The translations under genes and the position numbers were made by a program. Source: Diplonema japonicum (Eukaryota; Protista; Euglenozoa: Diplonemea). Taken from it: a stretch of DNA of 64,000 nt. This document shows positions 32,728 through 44,165 of the stretch, in pieces; position 1 is the first letter of the stretch; every line of letters begins with the position of its first letter. The stretch covers positions 434,001 to 498,000 of the forward strand of contig OZ025712.1 of the NCBI GenBank assembly GCA_964019335.1, read 5' to 3'. Below the pieces are notes generated by a model. It had not been told where the DNA came from, did no database searches, and worked only from the letters and a program-made list of their open reading frames with translations.

Positions 32728-34318
32728 TGAGGAAAACGGTTGATAACTTTTCAAGAGCAAAGGGGAAAAAAAAAAATCATGAAAAATTATTTTTGTGGGG
32801 GTCTGTGCCCCTCTTTTAATGGGTAGATAACGTTTTATGCAACCTTTTTTAGGGTGTTTGGCAATGTTCCAGTTACTCAGGATTAGAAACCCATTTTCAT
32901 TTCTTTTTTTTACAAACCCCAAGGGCTTCATACTGCAAACGACCAAACACCCAAAAGAGGTTACAGAAAACGTTGTTTTACCCTTTTTATAGAAGTATTC
33001 GGCAAGTGAATGCCTAGCTGGGGGGGGGGGGGGGGGGGGTAAGTTATTAAGGTTTGTAGCTAGTGATGGTAGCTCTTTTCTTTCCCCCCCCCCTTTTCAT
33101 ATCTCCGTAACAAGGAAAAAAAAAAAAAAAAAAGAAGAACAGAGAAATGCCCCTCCCTTTCGGAGCAGTGTTTCCCCCTTTTCCTCCCTGTCATGTGGCC
33201 ACGCTTGGTCTGCCCCTCCGGTTCCTTTTCCCCCCATTTTTTTTTTTTTTTTTTTTTTTTTCATGTATAACAAACCCCGTAGCCCTTCCCGTACCCGATG
33301 TGCCAATAGATCAGAGGACAACAGGCCCACTCTTCCCTCGCTTCAGGGCCTGGCAGGAGAAGACTTTTTCTTCCTGCCTTGTTTGCGTTGGGTTCTGTTT
33401 CCCTCCCTCCCACCTTCTCCTCCCCTTCCTTCCCAACCATAACTTATGACTCCGAACCCCCCCCCTTTTTTTTAAGATAAGTGGATATGAGCTCACTGGC
33501 AGAGGCTCCTTTCCTGTTAAGTTGTGAAGGTGTCGGAGACGTGTTATTTTTCTTTCTTTTTCTCGAGGAGGGGCACAGGGGAGTTGAACAGGGAGGGAAG
33601 AGGGGGAAAAAAAAAAAACAAGAAAAAAAAAAGAAAAAAAAAAGCTGCTCCTCTTCTTTTTTCTTTATTCGTAGTGTTTAGGGTGGAAACTTCTGTTCCA
33701 TCAGGGGAAATTTAACTGTATCCGATAGGAGGGTTCGAAAAAAAAAAAAAATGGACCGTGGAAAAAAAAAAAAAGAAATAGGGGTGATGACCCCTGTGCC
33801 CTGCCCTCACGTTCTCTCATGTGTATGCAACTACTCTCATTGTATTGGTGCTTAATAAAGCGTTTCCACTTATTTGCCTTTTGTCTGTTTGGCTTAAGGT
33901 AGATCTTATAGAGGAACGTGGTTGAAGGGCCAAGAATCCCAACCTTTCCCCTCCCTTTTTTTTTCTTTTTTTTTCTTCTTCCCCTCCCCGTTCCCCCAAC
34001 CCGTCTGCCCAAACCCACCAGTTGTGTTCGTCCCTCCCCCCCCCCTTTTTTTTCCTTTCTTACGTCAAATGCATCATGTCGGTGTAGGTTGTGTATACCC
34101 CTCTTTTTTTTATCCTTCTTTTACCCCCTCCCCCCACCACCCTTTCAGCTATGTCCTATTTTCCTTTTTTTTTTTTGTAAGTCGCTTTTATTTATTTATT
34201 TTTGAATTTTTTTTTTATTTTTATTCCCCATTTTTTTCTATTCCATACGCTTTTTTTTTTTTTTCCCCACTCCACTGAACTTTTTTTTTCCCGTTACAGG
34301 TAACAAAGAGCTGGCGAC

Positions 34319-34666
34319 ATGGCCCCCCAAGCTGACGCAAGAAGCATCTTTGTAGCGTTCAAGAAAAGCTATGACGAAAAGACTTCCCCTAGGTTGAAAA
34401 TCTGTGATGCCTTTATCACGTTCTTCTTGCTGAATGCACTCCTGTTGTTCGCGTACTGTGTTTTGGTGGGATCCTTCCCTTTCAACGCCTACCTCGGTGG
34501 CCTCTTTGCCAACCTTGGAATGCTCATCTTCACCGTGTCTCTCCGTATGCAGGCAGCACCCGCCAACACCCCCCAGTTCCAAGGCATCAGCATCGAGAAC
34601 TCCTTCTGCGACTACTCTCTCTGTGCTGTTCTCCTCCTTTTCACCTCCGTCCACTTCATGGGTTGA
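34319..34666 (+). CDS. DAD1: Oligosaccharyltransferase subunit DAD1/OST2
   Basis: RLKICDAF..YCVLVGSFPFNAYLGG..VSLRMQ..F.GIS.E..F.D..VHFMG. Confidence 0.93.
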   Translation: MAPQADARSIFVAFKKSYDEKTSPRLKICDAFITFFLLNALLLFAYCVLVGSFPFNAYLGGLFANLGMLIFTVSLRMQAAPANTPQFQGISIENSFCDYSLCAVLLLFTSVHFMG

Positions 34667-35032
34667 TCTCGCCGCGCGAATAATAAAAAAGAAAAAGAAA
34701 AAAAAAAAAAAAAAAAAAGAGTGTTTCCTTCTTCTCACTGTACGGTTTATTTTCTTTTAAATTTTTTTTCTTCCTTTGTTTCCACACGTTATTATAACCC
34801 CTCTTATTTTATTTTATTTTTTTTGGATTTTTTCTTTGGAGTGATTCTTTTGATTTTGAAAAAGAAAACAAATGAGAAGAATAAATAAAACACCCCCCGC
34901 CACCGCCCTCTTTTTATTTTTACCCCCCCCTTTCTCCCTGTCTTTAGGGAGTTAAGTAAGTGTTTCTTTTTTTTTTATATATTATTTCTTCTCGTTCTCC
35001 CTTATCATACACACGCAGGGGGTGCTGGGAAG

Positions 35033-36779
35033 ATGAAGAGCTTAGCATTGCTGATTGCCATTTCCGGGCTTGTTGCGGGCAACGCGCCCCAGCCCCACCG
35101 TAGTAGCCGCTACACGTACACGGCCACTCACACTGCAGATGCGACCTTGTACCATTACATGGGCGCAGGCAGGCAGGGCGATGTGAACCTTGTCACGGTC
35201 ACGACTGGCTGTGCCACGGTCGCTGTGCGCATGGCGTACGCCGAGGTGGGCAACGCGACGTTGTGCGCCGACACGACCAACAGCCGCTGCACCTGCCTGA
35301 CCCCGACCACTGGCACATGTCAGAACGTGGTGACCGGCACCCTCGTGTCGAGTGCCAACCTTGTCGCTGGCACGCACATGCAATTCAACTCGCACGGCAA
35401 GTCCGAGTACGGGTTCTTCATGGTGGTCGCCGTCTCCGGTTTCACCACCACCTGTACCACTGCTGCTGTCACTGTCACCGCCGATGCTGGTGTGCGGGCT
35501 ATCGACAGGGCATACTGCGTGAGGGAGATCGACAGCATGCACGAGAAGCAGAGCGGGGGCGCACTGTCCTACTTCAACCAGGACGCGGCCATGCCCTTCC
35601 ACACCGGGAAGAGGTACGAGATTTCCACCAGGACTGCGTCGTCTGCATCCAGCGAGGTATGCTCCACACAGTACACCACACCACACACAGACTACCGTCA
35701 CTGCCGTCCCCAACGTGATCTATTACAACCTTGGAGCGTCCCCTCAGGTCGAGGTGGAGTGCCTTCACGTGCACATCACCCCCACCCAGTCTACTATTCC
35801 TGCTGGCTGTGAGGGCACGCAGCTGCTCCCCGTCAACACTCAGGTACAACACACAACACACAACACGCCCACAGCCTTCTACTGACTCCGTCACCGTGTC
35901 TCTTGTGGGCCTCGCTGACTGCAATGCGTTCAGCAGGCAGGTCCCTGCGCCCTCTGACACTTGCTGCGGCTCGAACATGACTACCTGCCTTGCGGGGGTC
36001 CAGCTTGGGGTATGCAAAGAAAACGGTCATAATACTTGTATAGAACTGCATTTGGGTTGACGAGGACGAACTCTGCTTCCCCACCTGGAGCATGCACAGC
36101 ACTAGCTTGGACGCTGCTGTCGGTGCTGACGGCACCTATGTCTTTGCCTCAAACCAGGTATGCGGATGATGGTGGCCACAACACGATGCAGGTGCACGGC
36201 CCGCAGTCGTCCTACGTGAACAACGACAACTCCCTTTCGTCATGGACGATGGGCAACTGGAACAGGAGGTGGTACCTCACCATTACTAACCAGTATGCAG
36301 CACATCGCACACACACACACACACAGGCTGACTGCCACGTCATCCGCAACAACATGTGACCTGACTGTCTCGACGTCCTTCCAGAGCACCACGACAGGTG
36401 GGCAGTGCGAGCCCTCCAGCAGGGTATGAAACTAAGTGCAGCACATCACCACTTTTCACAGTTGCAGTGCGACAACACGATGAACGACTGCATGGCAGGG
36501 CAGATTGAGACTACCCCTAGGTACTGGAAGCAGTACGAGGCCACCAGCACTGACAACTTCACTACGACCGTTGGTGGCAATGACCAGTACAAGACCTGCA
36601 ACTGCCTGAAGCAGAAGGAAGTGTGCTACCGCAAGGGCGGTTGCATCAGCACCAAGAGGTACCAGCTGGTCCTCCAGAACTGCCTTGACCAGGGCTGTGG
36701 GGACTACTGCAACAGCGGTGCGGGGCTGGTGGCGTCGCTTGCGATGACCATCTTCGCTGTCCTGGCAGTGATGCTGTGA
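35033..36779 (+). CDS. Cys/Thr-rich predicted GPI-anchored surface protein, paralog B
   Basis: Signal peptide; six short introns (first 35657-35690, last after CEPSSR as in paralog A); same C-terminus as paralog A. Confidence 0.8.
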
Positions 36780-36809
36780 TAGCATGCATGAATGTTTAAA
36801 AATAGTTAA

Positions 36810-37447
36810 CCATCTACCAACGAGCGTCTTTATAGAGACGATTTGAAAAAAAATCTTTTGCGCAAAGGGCTTTCAATGCAATACAGCCCGGACACTTCTC
36901 GCATCCGGGGTCCTGCGCGGAAAATATAAAAAATATAAACTAAATGCTGCCCTAACTTTGCAAGAAAATGAAAAAATATAAAAAAACACCAGCCCAAATT
37001 TACCCTTAAAAATCACTTCAAAAAAGGGCACCCAGAAAGAGGCCGGAAGAGGACATTATGAGTGATGATAACACTGATGGCTCATCCCTATTATGCAATT
37101 TTGATACGAACAGTGATTCTGATTCGAATTCGACCGATTCCGAGTCACAGCAGGGTGATTAGACGGCAAAGCCGGAGCAGTTGGAAGGCATCCGCAAACC
37201 CGACTATTCTGGGAAATCTGTGTTTCCACAGCGAAACAAACAAGCGTGCTGACTTCTACCTATCGCAAAGGCCTCCCGGAGATCACGGATGCCCCAAAGA
37301 AGCGAGGCCGCAAGCCCAAGGATGCGCACCTTGTGGAGACACCCAGTTCCACCAGCACGTAACCCCCGGCGTTGCGCTAGAATAGTTTTTTTTGAAGTTT
37401 TGAAAATTTACCCCCCTGGTGGGCAAAAATGGTCCGTTGGTAGATGG
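36810..37447. mobile_element. Non-autonomous piggyBac-type element (638 bp)
   Basis: TTAA(36806-09)-CCATCTACCAACG ... CGTTGGTAGATGG-TTAA(37448-51): 13-bp TIR with TTAA TSD. Contains an acidic MSDDNTD..SDSDS remnant like piggyBac transposase N-termini. Confidence 0.85.
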
Positions 37448-38921
37448 TTAAAAAGTGAAAATAAAAAGGAGACGATCTGTGTTGCGGTCGCCATATAGGG
37501 ATAGATTTTGGTGAGTGTGCTTTATAGTATGGCTTGCTACGGTTGGTGAGGTAACAAGCAATCATCATTAGTGAGGACGCAGGAAGACGGAGGAAGGAAA
37601 AAAAAGGAAAGTGGTTTTTTTTTCTTTCTTTTTTTTTTTTTTTTTTTTTTGATATGGTGCCCCCACCCCATCCCGCATTCCCCGCCTCATCCCCTTTGTA
37701 ACTAGTGTGGAAAAAGTACATAAAAAGTGAAGAAGAAAAAAAAAAAAGAAAACCGATGAAGAAAAAAAGAGTTGTTAAATCCCAAGAGGGTTTTTCTCCC
37801 CACCAGCACCTACCCTTTTTCCACACTCCCCCCCTTTTTTTCCCCGAAAAAAAAAAAAAGAAAAAAAAAAAAAAAAAGACATAGAAAGACTGAATACTCG
37901 CAGGGCCTTACCTGCGAATATTCGTGTCTTACCCACCCTCTGTTCCCTTCTTCCCTTTTCTCTTTTCCCTTTTTTGGGCGCTGAACGCGCATACGGCATC
38001 GGGCAGAGGCAGAGCCGTCCCGTGGTCCCTGATCCCTTCCTGTAAGATTATTATATTCTAGGCCCCCCTAGATGTACCACTTCCCCCCCCCCTTTTTTTT
38101 ACTTTCCGGTAGCTTAACAACTTTAATTTTTTGTCCTCTTTTTCATTTTTTTTTCCTTCTGATTTTACGACCCAACCCGTTTCCGCCTTTTTGGAGGGGC
38201 GGAAAAAAAAAAAGAGAACTCTTCCTTCCGCCTCCCTTTTCCCCCCTGTGACTCATTTTTTTTGTTTCCTTTTTCTTTTCCCATTTCTGTCAGTTTTTCT
38301 CATGCACTTTTTTCCCTGTGCTTTTCTTCAAAAGTTTCTTTTTTTTTTTTCTCTTCTCTCTCTTCTTTTTTTCTTTTCTTTTTTTCTCGGAAGGAACCCC
38401 CCTTTTTTTTACAATTTAAAATGAACAGGAAGAACAAGAAATCAATTAATAAAGCAGGCCCTCCTTGCTGCAAATGTTGGCATGTTCTACCCCCTTTTAT
38501 TTTCTTATTTCATTGCCGTGCACGTTGCTCTTTTTTTTTTCCTTTCCCCCTCCATTATTTTATCCGACACCTCAAAACCCAACCCAGCAACAGACGGCAA
38601 AAAGGAGAAAAGAGGAAAAGAAGGGACGGGAAAGGAACATGATCACAGTGTAAGGAACACAACTTAAAATTTTTATTCCCTAAGAAAAGTGCCCACACCA
38701 ACCCCCATAACTGTTCTTCCTTCTGGGCAGCCCTACATGCCCTACGCACTCATCACAACTTGTGCACTGCTTATTTACTAATATACGTACATTTCCCCCA
38801 CCCTTTGTTCTCTTTATTTCTTGTTTTTTTTTTCTTCTTTTGTCTTCTGTGCTTCTTACTTTATATGCCTGTATTACCTTGCTGTTTCTGTCCCTGTTTA
38901 ACTTACACACTCCAGTGCAGC

Positions 38922-39170
38922 ATGGAGGGTGCGGGCAGCATCACCGACATGCTCGCCACGCACACCACACTGCTAGCAGAGGCACACAAGATTGCCGCCT
39001 ATGACGATAGTTCCGAGGAGGACCTCAGCGGGAGGGGTCAGCGGTTGGTAGTAGAGCTTAGTAGAGAGCTGGAGAAAGTCACATCCGAGGACAGAGCGAA
39101 GGCCCTTGACGCGTACGCTTCACTGCAGAACAAAATAGACTCCATATCTAGAAAACATGGAGTGCTCTAG
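38922..39170 (+). CDS. Hypothetical small coiled-coil protein (82 aa)
   Basis: ATG directly after a TGCAG acceptor-like site; coding-like composition. Confidence 0.55.
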   Translation: MEGAGSITDMLATHTTLLAEAHKIAAYDDSSEEDLSGRGQRLVVELSRELEKVTSEDRAKALDAYASLQNKIDSISRKHGVL

Positions 39171-39243
39171 TTACACAGTGTTCCCACTGCCTTAGTATAC
39201 ATACCGTTACACCCGTCTTTATAGTCACCCCACAGGCATAACT

Positions 39244-40488
39244 ATGTTGCGTGTTGCTCTTCTATCTGCTCTCGTGGGGCTGGGTGCTGCTCAGCAGCCA
39301 TACTCGACATACATGACACACTTCGGACACTCAATCAAGAACGGTCAGATCAAGGGTGGTGAGGTTATCACTGTCTTTGAGCACACCTGTGTCAAGGCAC
39401 CCTGTGCAGTGACGCAGATTCACGTGCCCTCCATTTACCCCGGGTCGGGGCAGCCGTGGAACTGGGAGAATGGTATCCTCACTTTCACGATCGACGGTGA
39501 AGTTCTTAAATTGACGCTGCTTGAGCTGGCGATGGAGGGTTCCGACGGTGCTAAGGGCAGGAACGCTGCCGATGGTTCGCCTTGGGGCATCTCCATGTTC
39601 GGGAAAACCGCGAAGTCCGGTGCTGTGTACTCCACCCTGAGGATCCCCTTCCAGAAGACCCTGAAGGTTACGATCGAGATGGCGCCCGAGGCCCAGGGTA
39701 ACGGTGTGTTCTGGATCATCATCAGAGGTGTCGAGGCTTACAGGGTCACCTTGGGTGACATCGTCCTGCCGGCCTCCACTAGGCTGAGGATCTCGAAGTT
39801 CGGACCGCAGAAGGTTACTCCGTACCAGCTTATCAATCTCGCGAACTTCACTTCCAGCGGCGCCCTCCTCACCGTAGTGTTCAGTGCCGAGAGCAGTGAC
39901 TACACGTACTTGGAGGCATGCATGAGGCTGGTCGACCCGGCAGGGGGCGTCAGCTTCTTGTCGAGTGGTGCTGAGGATTACTTTTTATCTGCCTCGTACT
40001 TCGATGAGGGCATGTTCAAAACTGAGAACAGTGGGCTGACTTTCTTCGACGGCAGGGGGTCTGTATCTGCTTACAAGGTGCACACCAGGGACTTCGTGCC
40101 TGTGCAGGGAGGTGGAAGCCTGGTATTCAGGGTAGGTGAACTTACATCAGGGTGCGGGAACATGACTTCGTGCCCCAATGTGTTCTGTCCCAAGGGTGAG
40201 CAAGTCACACTCGAGGAGCCTAAAACCAACGTCAAGATGTCCAACAACATCACCTACACCACAATGGTGCTGTACTACGAGTGGGATGTGGACGGCGATG
40301 TGGAGACTCCTCTTGAGACCCTCTTCCTCAGTGTGGATAATGGCTACCTCACTGCTAAGCAGGCCCATGCCGTTAGCTCGAAGCCCGAGGCCGTTAAGAC
40401 CATTTTGGACGTGTGCGGGAAGGCTTGCTTCCAGCAGAAAGATGACAAGAAGTCACACCTTGCAGCACTCATGCTGAAGGACCTTTGA
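39244..40488 (+). CDS. Secreted DUF2961 / GH172-like protein
   Basis: Signal peptide; LEACM..SSGAEDYFLSASYF..SAYKVHTRD resembles the DUF2961 E..GTEDYF..AY.FH..D pattern. Confidence 0.65.
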   Translation: MLRVALLSALVGLGAAQQPYSTYMTHFGHSIKNGQIKGGEVITVFEHTCVKAPCAVTQIHVPSIYPGSGQPWNWENGILTFTIDGEVLKLTLLELAMEGSDGAKGRNAADGSPWGISMFGKTAKSGAVYSTLRIPFQKTLKVTIEMAPEAQGNGVFWIIIRGVEAYRVTLGDIVLPASTRLRISKFGPQKVTPYQLINLANFTSSGALLTVVFSAESSDYTYLEACMRLVDPAGGVSFLSSGAEDYFLSASYFDEGMFKTENSGLTFFDGRGSVSAYKVHTRDFVPVQGGGSLVFRVGELTSGCGNMTSCPNVFCPKGEQVTLEEPKTNVKMSNNITYTTMVLYYEWDVDGDVETPLETLFLSVDNGYLTAKQAHAVSSKPEAVKTILDVCGKACFQQKDDKKSHLAALMLKDL

Positions 40489-40841
40489 GCTGCTTCTTGT
40501 AGCAAGTAGTTAAGGCTGACTAGTGCTCGTAATGTCTTTTTTATGCGTTGACTTCTTGCCCCTCTGAACACATCGCCCGTTGCGAAATTATAAAGCACTA
40601 ATCTTTTGTGAAACACAACCCCTTCGCTAAGTTATGCTTTAAGTTCAGACCACGAACCCCTCCTCCGCATGGCTTCACGAAGAATCGGGACGGCGACTAC
40701 GCGGCACATCGGTGTCAGCACTGTCCCTTCTGATCCTACTTGTGATGGTCATGCCTCTCCCCCCTAGCTAACGTGCTCCAATGTTTCGTATTATTTTTTT
40801 CGTTGTTTCTATTTCAAGCAATACCACACCAGCCACGCGAC

Positions 40842-41765
40842 ATGTCTACCCGCATGAATAACGCAGTCCCTGCTGTGGACTCTACTGCTGTATTCAGGGA
40901 TGATCTAATGAAGGGCAAGGTTCTGCTTGTCACTGGTGGCGGGAGCGGCATTGGGCTGGGCATCTGCAAAACCTTCGCCAAGCACGGTGCAATGGTAGCC
41001 ATCAGCGGCAGGACAGAAAGCAAGCTTGTGAAGGCTGCCAACGAGATCCGCGCGGCTGGTGCTGAAGACGTGCTGTACGTGAGAGGTGACGTGAGGGACA
41101 GCGCCATGTGCGACGAGGTGTGCAAAGCTGTGGGTGACAAGTGGGGCCGCATTGATGTTCTTGTGAACTGTGCTGCTGGGAACTTCATGTCCCTCGCTGA
41201 GGACCTCTCGGCGAAGGCATTCCAGACTGTGATCGACATCGACCTCAGAGGGACCTTCAACATGAGCAAGGCGGCTCTCCCATGGCTGTCTCAAGCCAAG
41301 AATGGCAGCTGCGTCATCAACATCTCGGCCACGCTGCAGTACACGGCCATGCCCTTCCAGGCACACGCTGCCTCCGCAAAGGCGGGTATCGATGTGCTCA
41401 CCAACACATTCGGGACTGAGTGGGCAGAGTACGGTGTTCGCTGTGTGGGCATTGCGCCAGGCCCCGTGTCCGGCACAGAAGGGGGACCCACTGGGCGTGT
41501 CTTCAGCACGCTTGGCCTCACTTCCTCAAACAACGTCCGCTCCGTGTGCCCTGTGGGACGCTTTGGGGAAGTTCGCGATATTGCTAATGCCGCGCTCTTC
41601 CTTGCCTCCCCTGCGGCCTCTTGGATCACCTCTGAAACGCTTGTTGTGGACGGTGCCAATTGGCATTGCACCAGCGCAGCACCCATGGTTGTAAACAAGG
41701 GTGCTATCCGTACAGAGCTTCTGAAACAGAAAGAAGCACACAAGTCCAAGAAGGCGAAACTGTAA
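40842..41765 (+). CDS. DECR2: Peroxisomal 2,4-dienoyl-CoA reductase (SDR)
   Basis: TGGGSGIG, NCAAGNF, INISATL..QAHAASAKAG, IAPGP; C-terminal PTS1 -AKL. Confidence 0.9.
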   Translation: MSTRMNNAVPAVDSTAVFRDDLMKGKVLLVTGGGSGIGLGICKTFAKHGAMVAISGRTESKLVKAANEIRAAGAEDVLYVRGDVRDSAMCDEVCKAVGDKWGRIDVLVNCAAGNFMSLAEDLSAKAFQTVIDIDLRGTFNMSKAALPWLSQAKNGSCVINISATLQYTAMPFQAHAASAKAGIDVLTNTFGTEWAEYGVRCVGIAPGPVSGTEGGPTGRVFSTLGLTSSNNVRSVCPVGRFGEVRDIANAALFLASPAASWITSETLVVDGANWHCTSAAPMVVNKGAIRTELLKQKEAHKSKKAKL

Positions 41766-41947
41766 GACAGCCGTTGCATCTTTGTTCATGAGCGTGGCGT
41801 TGAAAATTTTGATTGTCTCTTTTGTTTCACCTCTACCTACATATATACTTGTCTTTTTTCCAACCTTTTTCTTCTTTTTTTTTTTCGGCCAATACCTTCG
41901 GTTTATTGATATTTTCGCTGCGACATTTTGATGCCATGCAGGTCCTC

Positions 41948-42721
41948 ATGGAAGATGTGCCCGGGAATTTGGAGATTCCAAGTGGGCTTGCAAAAACCAA
42001 GAAAAGTACGGTCTCCTTCCATGGTATAGAAGAGGACACAAGTGATGTGGTGCCTGAAAACGTATTGAGCGAACTGCTGAAGAAATCCGTATTTAATAGT
42101 GACCCAGATGAAAAGGCGAAGGGTAAGAAAAGGAAAAATAAGAACATGAAGGAGTTGCTGCCCGACTTAGCAAGACAGAAAACGGCGAAGTGGGACTACG
42201 ACCTGCGACTCCCCACATCACTTGGCTCGTTGCCGTGCGGCGACCACTTCTATGAGTTCGGGGATGTCACCCACAACTGGTTCCTGAACGTCTCCCTCAG
42301 CGATGACAAGCACTACGTGGGAGTATACCTCCACAGCAACAACGAGCGGCTGGCTACGTGCGTTTTCAAAGTCGGCAATTATACAGCCTCGCTCCACCCC
42401 GATGGGAGGACCATTTCGTCCCATCCAGACAAGGGGTGGGGCATTCTCTTCCCTTTCCGCAAAGTACAAGATGTCTTTCGAATCTTCCTCACACCCACTG
42501 ACATAACCGAAGAGCTCCTTTCCAGGACAAACAAACGTACCAGTGTGTGGTCCACGACTGATATACAACTGAAAGACACACCCAGTACTTCAAGAAAATC
42601 AAGCTTCAACCCTGGAGCAAAACAACTGAAAGACACACCCGGTAGTTCAAGAAAGTCAAGTTTCAACCCCGGAGCAAGGAGTCGTAACTCCTCCCGCCAC
42701 TCAGCACTGATCCCGTTGTGA
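41948..42721 (+). CDS. Hypothetical protein with possible MATH/TRAF-like domain and a 19-aa C-terminal repeat
   Basis: WFLNV...YVGVYL...GWG pattern; 57-bp direct repeat starting at 42566 and 42623. Confidence 0.55.
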   Translation: MEDVPGNLEIPSGLAKTKKSTVSFHGIEEDTSDVVPENVLSELLKKSVFNSDPDEKAKGKKRKNKNMKELLPDLARQKTAKWDYDLRLPTSLGSLPCGDHFYEFGDVTHNWFLNVSLSDDKHYVGVYLHSNNERLATCVFKVGNYTASLHPDGRTISSHPDKGWGILFPFRKVQDVFRIFLTPTDITEELLSRTNKRTSVWSTTDIQLKDTPSTSRKSSFNPGAKQLKDTPGSSRKSSFNPGARSRNSSRHSALIPL

Positions 42722-42795
42722 AATCAACTATCTTAGTTACACTTCCGAATTACAGAACCCTTCGTTTTTTCCTTGCTCTTCAACATGCACCACAG

Positions 42796-44103
42796 ATGGG
42801 AAGCACCCTCAGCAGCGAGACATGGCCACCTACAGACTGCCCGCCCCCCACCGCCGCCCAGGAGGATCTTAAATGTGAAATACTGTCACTTCAAAGCGAT
42901 GTCCTGAAAGCAGAGCAGGACCTAGGGGCACTGCGCATCGAGGAGGCGAAATATGCAAAATTTGTAGCAATAATGGAAAACAAGGGGCGCAGTGCAGACG
43001 ATGGGGTTCAAACGGCCGAAGATACAGAGCCCCCTTCCGAAGGCGGGGAAGAGCAACAACAACAAGAGCAGGTGCAAGATGAAGTGGAGGGGTCATCAGT
43101 TGCGGATGACCAAGAAGCCGGGTCTGCAAAAGGCACGGAGCCAGTGGAAGAAGACGAAGAGACGCAGACAGAGGAGGAGGAGGAGGACCTGTCCAGTTGG
43201 CTGCAGGACCAGATCAACTCGCAACTCGTAGTCGCCATGACGAAGTCTATGTGCCCTTTCTGTGCCGAAGTAAGGAAGATTTTACAATCTTCACAAATCG
43301 AATGGCTCGACATCAATGTCGACACCTTGGCTGATGAGAAGGCGGATGCTCTGCAAGCGATCGTAGAGAGCACGACAAAGAGGTACGGGGTACCTGTGGT
43401 GTGGGTGTCTGGGGATGTTGCCGATATTGCTGATTTGAAAGAAATGCAAGTGTCAGGTGAGCTTAATAAGTTGTACAACTTGCATGTGCTGAGAAACACA
43501 TCGCAGCCTTACCATGATGAGGAGGAAGTCAAGCCCCCCACTGAGAGCACCGTACCAACATCTGAAAGTAGTGAAGAAGAAGCAGTGGAAGAAAGAATTG
43601 AAGTACCGGAAGAGCTCCTGTCTCTTGACCCTAGACACCCATTCTGCCTTACCCTGTACGGGGACACCAGCTCATTAGCTGTAGACAGAACGAATGTATT
43701 CTCTGTACTTGGGGCAGAAACTGTGCTGAAGCTCTGCATGAAATTCGTATCTCTTCTCGTGAAGAAAGATGTGTTTAGACTTTACGAGGCAAGGGGCATT
43801 TCTCATCGGGACCTGGTAACAAAGCTTTCTGGTTTTTTATGTGAACGGTTGGGAGGACCGCAGGGCGTGACCCCCTACGCACCCTTTAGGAGCTCGCCGT
43901 CTATCCTGTGCTGTCCTTACATGCTCCATATGACACATTGTAACATTGGCCTCACGCCAGAGCATGCCAACGAATGGCTTGTGACCATGAGACAGGCCAT
44001 TTCAAGCACGGATCTCCCACCAGTCATACGACCCCTTCTTGATGAATACTTCGCTGCAACCGTAGCCGACCTTGTGAAGAATGTAGACATGAGAAGTAAG
44101 TAA
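42796..44103 (+). CDS. N-myristoylated glutaredoxin - group II truncated globin fusion
   Basis: MGSTLS start; TKSMCPFC..VPVVWVSG (Grx); LGAETV..F..FLCERLGGP..H...EWLVTMRQA (2/2 globin). Confidence 0.7.
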   Translation: MGSTLSSETWPPTDCPPPTAAQEDLKCEILSLQSDVLKAEQDLGALRIEEAKYAKFVAIMENKGRSADDGVQTAEDTEPPSEGGEEQQQQEQVQDEVEGSSVADDQEAGSAKGTEPVEEDEETQTEEEEEDLSSWLQDQINSQLVVAMTKSMCPFCAEVRKILQSSQIEWLDINVDTLADEKADALQAIVESTTKRYGVPVVWVSGDVADIADLKEMQVSGELNKLYNLHVLRNTSQPYHDEEEVKPPTESTVPTSESSEEEAVEERIEVPEELLSLDPRHPFCLTLYGDTSSLAVDRTNVFSVLGAETVLKLCMKFVSLLVKKDVFRLYEARGISHRDLVTKLSGFLCERLGGPQGVTPYAPFRSSPSILCCPYMLHMTHCNIGLTPEHANEWLVTMRQAISSTDLPPVIRPLLDEYFAATVADLVKNVDMRSK

Positions 44104-44165
44104 AGTAACTTTTAACAATGACGAGTTTGTTTCTGCATTCACTAACTAGCTCTACAGGAGCCCAG

